A stretch of DNA of 64,000 nucleotides, from assembly GCA_964016885.1 (NCBI GenBank), contig CAXHJY010001105.1, positions 248,001 through 312,000 on the forward strand. Direction: 5' to 3'. The stretch is from Eledone cirrhosa (lineage: Eukaryota). Shown piece by piece: positions 53,621 to 64,000 of the stretch (within the stretch, counting starts at the first letter, position 1; each line of letters starts with the position of its first letter). A program made the translations under genes and the position numbers. The notes under the pieces are model-generated. The model saw only the letters and a program-made list of their open reading frames with translations, did not search any database and had not been told where the DNA came from.

Positions 53621-55343
53621 ATGGACGGAATTTTCACATCTCATCCTAACGTGAAAGCCACGCCCCCTAAGAAAGGTGATACAGAGAAGCTAGAAGCACA
53701 AGGCTCTAAGTCTTCCCTCCTCACTTCTGCAAAAGAAACATGGAACACTGAATTAAAAGAAAAATTTGTAAAAATGGGTGAAAACCCAGAAAGTCACATA
53801 AACGCAGACAAAAACAACAACGACAATAATAGCAATAGTCACAACACCAACCAAGGAAAAAATAACGATAACACCAAACAAAGCGAACCCACTACTGGTG
53901 CCTCCTTTGCACAGGCGGTCCGGAAAACACAAACCTGCAAGCAACTGGACATTACAACTCTGAGAGAAAAGATGAAGGAAGCGAAACAGTATGTAACTTT
54001 CAAAGAAGGAGGAAACTTCACAATCACCTCCCCACAAGAAATCAAAAGAGACACGACGCTAAGAACGATATCTTTCAGAACAATTTCCAACATAACAAGG
54101 AAACCAGCTCAATTATCCCAAAAAGAGATTGAGCTGGTCCTAAAAAATGTGTGGAGTGATATATCGTTCATACAAAAAGGGCCACTCTATGGGAATATAA
54201 CGGTCCTAATGAAGGATCAATTGACGGCCAGGAAATACTCTGTGGCGCCAATTGTTTCCAAGCTACATACATTTGTCCCCACATATTTAGGGAAAAGAAC
54301 GCAGAAGATAAGGGTCTCCGGAATCCGGCCAAATGCATGCATTTCCTGGGTACTAACAGGATTTTTAGAAGACGAGGACGGAATCCTCTCAGTAGGAGAA
54401 GTCACCACAGACGTTTTCGGCGGTTTGAGCGTGGAGGTTCTGGTCCAAATGAGACCAGAACGAATAGCTAGAATACCACAGAGGGTGTCCCTCGATGGAG
54501 AAACATTTATATACATTTCAGCCGAGGGTAGGAGGCCCATATGTTACTACTGTTCAAGCAGGGGTCATCTAAGGGCTGCTTGTCCTCAATTGACAAAAAA
54601 AGGCTCTTTTGCCTACACCCCACACACCACCACCACCACCTCCACCACCACCACCACAACAACAACAAAAACAACACGGAAAAATAACACAAGACACGCC
54701 CCCACCCAAAACAACTCCCAAAACACACACAAATACAACAAAACCCCAAAATACACCACTACCCGACAGCACGGACGAGGACCCAGCTGAAACGGCACCT
54801 AGTGACGAAGAGGGGGAACCCTTCCAACCTGTAAAAAGGAAAAAAAGAAAGCACCACTCGAACATAACCGAAACAAACACACAACCACCAACAAAAACAA
54901 AACAAACAGAACAAACAAAATCCGCCCCACCCCAAAACATAACACATACAACAAAACGTAAGCACACACAAGAACAACAAACAAACACAACACAAATAAA
55001 ACAGTATACATACATTAACACAAATAACAAAGAACTAGTAAAAACAATACACAAAGACCCTTCGGTGGAAACTGAAGGGCAATTCTTTGCAAGCGCGGCC
55101 AACAAACCGCATTTAAAAATGATAAGACTCCCAATGGACACCTATGCAAAACTAAGAGAGAACTTTCCTGAGGACGTGGGGAAAACATGTACTCGACCCT
55201 ATAACCGCGTCCTCTTGAAACGTTTCCTCACCCACACCTCACCAAACACCCCCACTCCACCACAGAACAACACCCCACCAAACAACCCCTCCAATACGCC
55301 CATGGATATTGTGCAACCTGCTCCTCAGGAGCCGAACAGGTAG
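53621..55343 (+). pseudogene. Tx1-like ORF1 (gag-like zinc knuckle); one frameshift at the A-run near 54600
   Basis: SFAQAV motif; CYYCSSRGHLRAAC; continues in the 54609-55343 frame (Pro/Thr-rich, FQPVKRKKRK). Confidence 0.82.
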
Positions 55344-55364
55344 GTCCTTCCTCTTTTAACCAAC

Positions 55365-58300
55365 ATGGCTGATATAAGAGTTGGGTGTCTGAATGTACGT
55401 GGCCTGGGACTGTCTTGGAAACAAGGCAAACTTTTAAACGATCTCAGGTCGCATAGAATGGATGTAATGGCTATTTGCGAGTCCAGGATCAGCAGCGAGC
55501 ACCAACTGGCGCCCCTCTTCGACGACTTTGAGATCTTCGCATCTCTCTGTCAACCGGGGGGTGGGGGTGGAGTTGTCGTTCGGCTGCGAAAACACCTGGG
55601 CCTCGCCATACAGAAGGTGCACCTGGACCCGGAGGGTCGACTGGTGGTTTTAGACGTCGGCAGTAGTGAAAGTGGAGCCCTTAGACTAATAGCTGTGTAC
55701 GCCCCTTTTTGGGCAGCGTGGCCGGAATACTTCCAACGCCTGGAAACTTTTCTGGGAACGTCCCGCTCCTTGCTTTTAGTGGGGGACTGGAATGGTATCC
55801 TGGATGTACGTTGGGACTATGTAGGGGCATGTGCCAATAGAGGGGGGTGTAAAAGCCTCAAAAGGTTAATCGGCCGATTTGACCTGGCCGATAGATATCG
55901 ACTAGATTTTCCGACTGTACCACTATGGACGTGGACCAATCGCAGTGGAACATCTAGGTCGTACCTAGATAGGGTCCTAGTTAGAGAGAACGATAGGGAC
56001 ACATTTAGCTGTCCAAAAATGTTCATGGTTGACTATTCGGATCACAAGTTAGTGACCTGCATAGCCAACCTTGATAGAACCCATAGACAGGGACCCGGTT
56101 ACTGGAAGCTGAACTTGTCCTTACCGAGAAGCAAAGCTTACAGTAAACGGATTAGCACCTTAGTTAAGCAGAGTTTGACAGGGGCAATTGTCAACAACAG
56201 GTGGTGGAGCTCTCTTAAGAGAGCAATTAGAATAGAATCGATAGGTTTTAGTCAGGAATTAGCAAGGGGTAGGAACAAGACGGAAAGGGAATTAGTAGAT
56301 AGAGTAGAAGAGGCGATTAGGAGTGGCAATGTAGCCGGCGTGCTGGCATCAAGAATGGCCTTAGACCAGTTCTTTGAGGTGAAGCATGAAGGCTGCGTTG
56401 TCAGGAGTAAAATACGTGCTCTGGGTAATGAGGGAGCCAAAGCTGTGAGCTGGGCCCGAGTGACAGAGGCAAAAAGTGGGAACAAGTCCACGATTCGGTC
56501 TTTGAAGGACCAGGATGGGCGTGTGATCCTTGAACCTGGGCAGATGTGTGCGGCCTTTCAGCGGCACTTTGCACGACTGTTCGAGAGGGGCGGCGCGCCG
56601 GGTGAGACTATGGATTTCAATCCATACCTCGACGGTCTGCCGCGCCTCTCGGACGCGGAGGCGAAGTCCTGCGAAAGGACGATTTCAGCTGCTGAGATAG
56701 GGGCGGCGCTGAGCCAATGCGGCAAACGCAAATCCCCGGGTCTCGATGGTCTACCATACGAGCTATATGTAGCGATGCCGGACTTGTTCTCCGATATCCT
56801 CGAAGCGGTCTACTGCAACTGGCAGCAGAACGGGAGAATTCCCAGTTCTGTGACCAAGGGCGTAGTTACGCTGGTGAGGAAGGATGAGAACAAGGGGGAT
56901 GGCATAAGTAACTTCAGGCCCATAACTCTGCTAAATACAGAGTTAAAGATTTTGGCCAAGGTGTTAGCGAAGAGGTTGGCGCTTGTCGTTGGAAACCTGG
57001 TGGGAGAAGCGCAGACATGCGCAATCCCGTCCAGGTCCATTCACGACAATCTCCACCTTATGCGATACATCATAGAGAGGGTAGGGAATGAACCCGGCTT
57101 TGGTGGGGCCCTGATCAACTTGGATCAATCTAAAGCTTTCGATAGGGTTGACCATCGTTACCTGGATGCAGTGCTCGCGGCGGCAGGCTTCGGACCCGTT
57201 TTCAGGGGTTGGATTGCTGCGATGCACAGCAGCAACGTCTGCCCAAGGGTCAAGGTGAACGGCCACCTCTCGGAGCCGTTCCAAATCATGCGATCCATCC
57301 GACAGGGATGCCCTCTCTCCTCCCTACTGTATGTGCTGGCTCTTGAGCCACTACTGCGGAAGTTGGAGCGGTTGCAGGGCATCCCTTTGGAACCGGGATT
57401 GTAGAAAGCGGCGTCGGCCTACGCCGATGACGTGACAGTAATGGTGTCGAAAACCTCGCAAATCGGTGAGATCGGCACCTTACTGGAGGAATATGAAAGG
57501 TTTACAGGAGCCAAGCTGAACCGGGACAAGTCCGTCGGTTTGCAACTCGGAACATGGAGAGGCAGACCGATGCCCTCCAACGACGTCGTCGGACGCTGGA
57601 CGGAGGACCCGGTGAAGCTGCTTGGGGTCTGGTTCGGACCAGACCTCCAGGTGGAGAAAAACTGGAACGAGGTAACGGCCAGGGTGTTTGCACTCACCCA
57701 GAAGTGGGCCCAGTGCAAACTATCCCTGAAAGGTCGAGCGGAGGTGGCGAATACTTATATAGCATCCGTCATCTACTACCGCTTGACCGTCGTGCCTTGC
57801 CCAGTGAAAAGACTCGCCAAAATGGAGTGCGCGCTGTTCCAATTTCTTTGGAACAAGCGGACCCCTTTGGTGAGGAGATCCATTGCTGTCAACACCCTTC
57901 GAAAGGAAGGCTGGGGATGCCGTGGCTACAGATGCGTAAACACGCATTAAGGCTACGGCACCTCCAGGTATTCCTCACCGGTCAACCGGTGTGGGCCCCG
58001 TTTGTGAGGCGAGCCTTTCCCAGACTCGTCTCGCTCACCGAGCTGCAATCCTGGGTCAAGCAAAGACCGAGAAAAGTGGGCGACTGGCACATTGAATGTG
58101 CCCAGGCGCTCACGGCCCTCTGGAAAGCGGACCCGGCAATCAGTGGAGACTCCACCTCGACATTCTATAGAGGGTTGGTACGCAGCAGGTGCGACGATGC
58201 TCTCGGAGAAGCTCTAGGCATGGAGGAAGATGAACTGGCCAGTCTGTTCAGTAGGACGTTTGGCCCTGGACCGATGGACAACTTCCAAAAGTCCCTGGCT

Positions 58301-58801
58301 TGGCAGTGCTACCGAGGGGCTCTACCCGTTCGAGACAAGCTCCACAGGCATGGGAGCCTGGGTAGAGATCCTTTGAATAAGATCTGTCCGAGATGCGTGC
58401 ATGATGACGAAACCGTTGCGCACGCATTCGTACACTGCCCAGGCATTGCTGACCTGTGGGGCTATGTGGAACGACTACTGTCGAGGGTGGGACCAATCCG
58501 GTTGACCACCGAGTCCATTGTCACGATCAAACCGCCTCCCCCTTTCAAAAACGAAGGAGAGGCGGTTTTTCTCTGTGTGATAGCCATGGCTAAAGAAGTT
58601 GTATGGTGGACGAGGCTGAAAGGGCTGAGGTCAGACACCTTTCTCTCCGGCCAACAATTGGTCCCCTTTTTCAAATACCATTTTAAAAGAAGGATCAGAA
58701 TGGAGAGAGAGGTGCTCTACCCCAGCAAGTTTTATGAAAGGTGGGTGAAAGTAGGGAGAATGGCCAGAGTGAATGGGTCTTCTCTCTATATCAGCCTGTA
58801 G
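55365..58801 (+). pseudogene. Tx1-like ORF2 (APE endonuclease, RT, C-terminal zinc finger); in-frame TAG at 57402 and frameshift at ~57880
   Basis: LNVRGL, VYAP, GDWN, SYLDRV, SDHK, GYWKLN, KSPGLDG, NFRPITLLN, LDQSKAFDRVDH, IRQGCPLS, AYADD, CPRC..ETVAHAFVHC. Confidence 0.93.
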
Positions 58802-59036
58802 GTGAAAGAAGAGGAAAAAGAGGAGACGAGGGAAGCACCTCGTCTTTGTGCTCCTGAGGAGAAGGGTTGCACATTTTTTCCGGGGTGTGTGCGACCCATG
58901 TTAATGCCCCCTCCCTATTGAGGACTTCGTTTGTTGTTGTTATTTCATTGTTATATTTTTGTACTCGTTAATTATATGTAAACTTCCCCCCTTGTATCTG
59001 TCCCTACCTTTTGTGCCCTAGTGGCAAATAAAGAAA

Positions 59037-59845
59037 CCACTCTATATATACTATTGTATTGTCACAGTAAAGGCTTTACCTCACATAATATCTCACATAA
59101 CATTTACATTACTCTATATATACTATTGTATTGTCACAGTAAAGACTTTACCTCACATAATACCTCACATAACATTTACATTACTCTATATATACTATTG
59201 TATTGTCACAGTAAAGGCTTTACCTCACATAATATCTCACATAACATTTACATTACTCTATATATACTATTGTATTGTCACAGTAAAGACTTTACCTCAC
59301 ATAATACCTCACATAACATTTACATTACTCTATATATACTATTGTATTGTCACAGTAAAGGCTTTACCTCACATAATATCTCACATGACATTTACATTAC
59401 TCTATATATACTATTGTATTGTCACAGTAAAGACTTTACCTCACATAATACCTCACATAACATTTACATTACTCTATATATATTATTGTATTTTCACAGT
59501 AAAGGCTTTACCTCACATAATATCTAACATAACATTTACATTACTCTATATATACTATTGTATTTTCACAGTAAAGGCTTTACCTCACATAATATCTCAC
59601 ATAACATTCACATTACTCTATATATACTATTGTATTGTCACAGTAAAGGCTTTACCTCACATAATATCTCACATAACATTCACATTACTCTATATATACT
59701 ATTGTATTGTCACAGTAAAGGCTTTACTTCACAAAATATCGAATAAACAAGATTTTGATATTATATATTTTGAGAACAATACGTTAACATCAGTATGAGT
59801 GGCCAGATACTCAAGGATTAAATCCCTCAAATAATTATTATAATG
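59037..59845. repeat. Continuation of the 72-bp satellite (~10 units) plus MITE-derived flank (59736-59845)
   Basis: Flank is the reverse complement of 12622-12785 with a ~60-bp deletion. Confidence 0.93.
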
Positions 59846-60084
59846 GTTATATTTGATTCTGTCCGTCTGTCACATACACCATACACTCTCTTAGAAACAC
59901 ATCTTGACATTGGTGTTCTCCCCTCTCTTTCTCTCCCCCTCCCCTCTGTCACTCACACTCTCTCTGTCTCTCCCCCTCCCGTCTGTCACTCACACTCTCT
60001 CTCTGTCTCCCCCCCTCTCTCACACTCCCCATCTCTCTCTCACACACACACTATTTTTTCTCTCTCTCACACTCTCTCTCTCTG

Positions 60085-62702
60085 TGATGGTAGTGCTGGT
60101 ATAGTGGTGGTGGTGGTGGTGGTGGTGGTAGTGCTGGTATGGTGGTGGTGATGGTAGTGCTGGTATGGTGGTGGTGATGGTATGGTGGTGGTGGTGGTAG
60201 TGCTGGTATGGAGGTGGTGGTGGTAGTGCTGGTATGGTGGTGGTCGTAGTGCTGGTATGGTGGTGGTGATGGTAGTGCTGGTATGGTGGTGGTCGTAGTG
60301 CTGGTATGGTGGTGGTGATGGTAGTGCTGGTATGGTGGAGATGGTAGTGTTGGTATGGTGGTAGTGCTGGTATGGTGGTGGTGGTGGTAGTGCTGGTATG
60401 GTGGTGGTGATGGTAGTGCTGGTATGGTGGTGGTCGTAGTGCTGGTATGGTGGTGGAGATGGTAGTGCTGGTATGGTGGTGGTGGTAGTGTTGGTATGGT
60501 GGTGGTGATGGTAGTGCTGGTATGGTGGTGGTGGAGATGGTAGTGCTGGTATGGTGGTGGTGGTGGTATGGTGGTGGTGGTGGTAGTGCTGGTATGGTGG
60601 TGGTGGTGGTAGTGATGGTATGGTGGTGGTGGTGGTAGTGCTGGTATGGTGGTGGTGGTAGTGCTGGTATGGTGGTGGTGATGGTAGTGCTGGTATGGTG
60701 GTGGTGGTAGTGCTGGTATGGTGGTGGTGATGGTAGTGCTGGTATGGTGGTGGTGGTAGTGCTGGTATGGTGGTGGTGGTGGTAGTGCTGGTATGGTGGT
60801 GGTGGTAGTGCTGGTATGGTGGTGGTGGTGGTAGTGCTGGTATGGTGGTAGTGGTGGTGGTAGTGCTGGTATGGTGGTGGTGGTAGTGTTGGTATGGTGG
60901 TGGTGGTGGTAGTGCTGGTATGGTGGTGGTGGTGGTAGTGTTGGTATGGTGGTGGTGGTCGTAGTGCTGGTATGGTGGTGGTGGTGATGGTAGTGCTGGT
61001 ATGGTGGTGGTGGTAGTGTTGGTATGGTGGTGGTGGTGGTGGTAGTGCTGGTATGGTGGTGGTGGTGATGGTAGTGCTGGTATGGTGGTGGTGGTGGTAG
61101 TGCTGGTATGGTGGTGGTGGTGGTAGTGCTGGTATGGTGGTGGTGGTAGTGCTGGTATGGTGGTGGTGGTGGTAGTGCTGGTATGGTGGTGGTGATGGTA
61201 GTGCTGGTATGGTGGTGGTGGTAGTGCTGGTATGGTGGTGGTGGTGGTAGTGCTGGTATGGTGGTGGTGGTGGTAGTGCTGGTATGGTGGTGGTGGTGGT
61301 AGTGCTGGTATGGTGGTGGTGATGGTAGTGCTGGTATGGTGGTGGTGGTGGTAGTGCTGGTATGGTGGTGGTGGTAGTGCTGGTATGGTGGTGGTGGTAG
61401 TGCTGGTATGGTGGTGGTGGTGGTAGTGTTGGTATGGTGGTGGTGGTGGTAGTGCTGGTATGGTGGTGGTGATGGTAGTGCTGGTATGGTGGTGGTCGTA
61501 GTGCTGGTATGGTGGTGGAGATGGTAGTGCTGGTATGGTGGTGGTGGTAGTGCTGGTATGGTGGTGGTGATGGTAGTGCTGGTATGGTGGTGGTGGAGAT
61601 GGTAGTGCTGGTATGGTGGTGGTGATGGTATGGTGGTGGTGGTGGTAGTGCTGGTATGGTGGTGGTGGTAGTGCTGGTATGGTGGTGGTGGTAGTGCTGG
61701 TATGGTGGTGGTGGTGGTAGTGCTGGTATGGTGGTGGTGGTGGTAGTGCTGGTATGGTGGTGGTGGTGGTAGTGCTGGTATGGTGGTGGTGGTAGTGCTG
61801 GTATGGTGGTGGTAGTGGTGGTGGTGATGGTTTGGTGGTGGTGGTGGTAGTGCTGGTATGGTGGTGGTAGTGGTGGTGGTGATGGTTTGGTGGTGGTAGT
61901 GCTGGTATGGTGGTGGTGGTAGTGCTGGTATGGTGGTGGTGATGGTAGTGCTGGTATGGTGGTGGTGGTAGTGCTGGTATGGTGGTGGTGGTGGTAGTGT
62001 TGGTATGGTGGTGGTATGCTGGTGGGAGTGTTGGTATGGTGGTGGTGGTGGTATGGTGGTGGTAGTGGTGGTGGTAGTGTTGGTTTGGTGGTGGTATGGT
62101 GGTGGTGGTATGGTGGTGGTGGTGGTGGTGGTAGTGCTGGTTTGGTGGTGGTGGTGGTGTTGGTATGGTGGTGGTGGTGGTGATGGTAGTGCTGGTATGG
62201 TGGTGGTGATGGTAATGCTGGTATGGTGGTGGTGGTGGTGGTAGTGTTAGTGTTGGTATGGTGGTGGTGATGGTATGGTGGTGATGGTGGTGTTGGTATG
62301 GTGGTGGTGGTGGTGGTGATGGTATGGTGGTGGTGGTGGTGGTGGTGGTAGTACGGGTTTGGTGGTGGTAGTGTTGGTATGGTGGTGGTGGTGGTGGTAG
62401 TGTTGGTATGGTGGTGGTGGTGGAGATGGTAGTGTTGGTATGGGGGTGGTGGTGGTGGAGGTGGTGGTGGTGGTGGAGGTGGTGGTAGTGCTGGTATGGT
62501 GGTGGTGGTGGTGTGGAGGTGGTGATGCTAGTGCTGGTATGGTGGTGGAGGTGGTGGTGGTGGTGGTGATGCTAGTGCTGGTATGGTGGTGGAGGTGGTG
62601 GTGGTGGTGGTGATGCTAGTGCTGGTATGGTGGTGCAGGTGGTGGTGGTGGTGGTGATGCTAGTGCTGGTATGGTGGTGTAGGTAGTGGTGGTGGTGGTG
62701 AT
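60085..62702. repeat. (GGT)n-based minisatellite, unit ggtagtgctggtat(ggt)2-4
   Basis: Direct reading. Confidence 0.95.
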
Positions 62703-62841
62703 AATAATAATAGTTACGATACAGGTAACACTTAAATTGCCGCAGTTACATCCCTTGAATATTGTTTATATTTCTTTTACATAGTTGCCTCCCTTATTCT
62801 ATTCAGCGTTGACATGAATCAATACCAGTTATATGTTGTGG

Positions 62842-64000
62842 GTAGTGTGGCTTAGTGGTTAATATTCGGTTCATGATCGTAAGGTTGTGAGTTCGATTCC
62901 CAGACAAGGCAGAACGTTGTGTCCTTGAGCAAGAGACTTTATTTCACATTGCACTCCAGTCCACTGTGTCCTTGAGCAAGAGACTTTATTTCACATTGAA
63001 CTCCAGTCCACTGTGTCCTTGAGCAAGAGACTTTATTTCACATTGCACTCCAGTCCACTGTGTCCTTGAGCAAGAGACTTTATTTCAATTGCACTCCAGT
63101 CCACTGTGTCCTTGAGCAAGAGACTATATTTCACATTGCACTCCAGTCCACTGTGTCCTTGAGCAAGAGACTTTATTTCACATTGCACTCCAGTCCACTG
63201 TGTCCTTGAGCAAGAGACTTTATTTCACATTGCACTCCAGTCCACTGTGTCCTTGAGCAAGACACTTTATTTCACATTGCACTCCAGTCCACTGTGTCCT
63301 TGAGCAAGACACTTTATTTCACATTGCACTCCAGTCCACTGTGTCCTGGAGCAAGACACTTTATGCCACATTGCACTCCAGTCCACTGTGTCCATGAGCA
63401 AGACACTTTATTTCACATTGCACTCCAGTCCACTGTGTCCTTGAGCAAGAGACTTTATTTCACATTGCACTCCAGTCCACTGTGTCCTTGAGCAAGACAC
63501 TTTATTTCACATTGCACTCCAGTCCACTGTGTCCTTGAGCAAGACACTTTATTTCACATTGCACTCCAGTCCACTGTGTCCTGGAGCAAGAGACTTTATT
63601 TCACATTGCACTCCGCTCCACTGTGTCCTTGAGCAAGAGACTTTATTTCACATTGCACTCCAGTCCACTGTGTCCTTGAGCAAGACACTTTATTTCACAT
63701 TGCACTCCAGTCCACTGTGTCCTTGAGCAAGACACTTTATTTCACATTGCACTCCAGTCCACTGTGTCCTTGAGCAAGACACTTTATTTCACATTGCACT
63801 CCAGTCCACTGTGTCCTTGAGCAAGAGACTTTATTTCACATTGCACTCCAGTCCACTGTGTCCTTGAGCAAGAGACTTTATTTCACATTGCACTCCAGTC
63901 CACTGTGTCCTTGAACAAGAGACTTTATTTCACATTGCACTCCAGTCCACTGTGTCCTTGAGCAAGAGACTTTATTTCACATTGCACTCCAGTCCACTGT
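62842..64000 (+). repeat. SINE tRNA head followed by a 47-bp tandem array (~23 copies) of its CORE-like segment, running off the window
   Basis: tggcttagtggtta...gagttcgattccc, then unit tgtccttgagcaagaSactttatttcacattgcactccagtccactg. Confidence 0.93.

Larger units (their letters stand above)
53413..59036 (+). mobile_element. Near-full-length Tx1/L1-clade non-LTR retrotransposon inserted in the 72-bp satellite
   Basis: 5' UTR, ORF1 with CCHC knuckle, ORF2 APE-RT-zinc finger, 3' UTR ending gtggcaaataaagaaa; satellite on both sides. Confidence 0.93.

Noticed and set aside
57395-57432. Programmed readthrough at the TAG before YADD, or programmed frameshift at the ORF1 A-run (~54600)
   Set aside because: A single copy with another frameshift downstream; mutation or consensus error is more parsimonious.
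60085-62702. Telomeric repeat or Gly/Val-rich exon
   Set aside because: No TTAGGG; variable (GGT)n units shift frame and contain stops.

Overview
Repeat-dense eukaryotic genomic DNA. The tRNA-headed CORE-like SINEs, RTE LINEs and very abundant (TA)n/(CA)n tracts suggest an octopod cephalopod (inference). One host gene is recognisable: a minus-strand phospholipase B-like (PLBD2-type) gene, with exon 1 at 41014-41228 and exon 2 at 10580-10835, separated by a ~30 kb intron. The rest is mobile DNA: a degenerate Penelope-like element (PLE; RT plus GIY-YIG), many RTE LINE copies and partner SINEs, a Helitron-like insertion inside a TTAA-flanked MITE, and a near-full-length Tx1/L1-clade retrotransposon inserted in a 72-bp satellite. 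Two patterns stand out. (1) About 20 type I hammerhead ribozyme motifs from several sequence families sit in short non-coding units, often palindromic and bounded by (TA)n; one unit has terminal direct repeats like a retrozyme. (2) Fold-back inverted duplications and minisatellites repeatedly arise from internal pieces of transposons. All coordinates were read by eye and may be off by a few bases.
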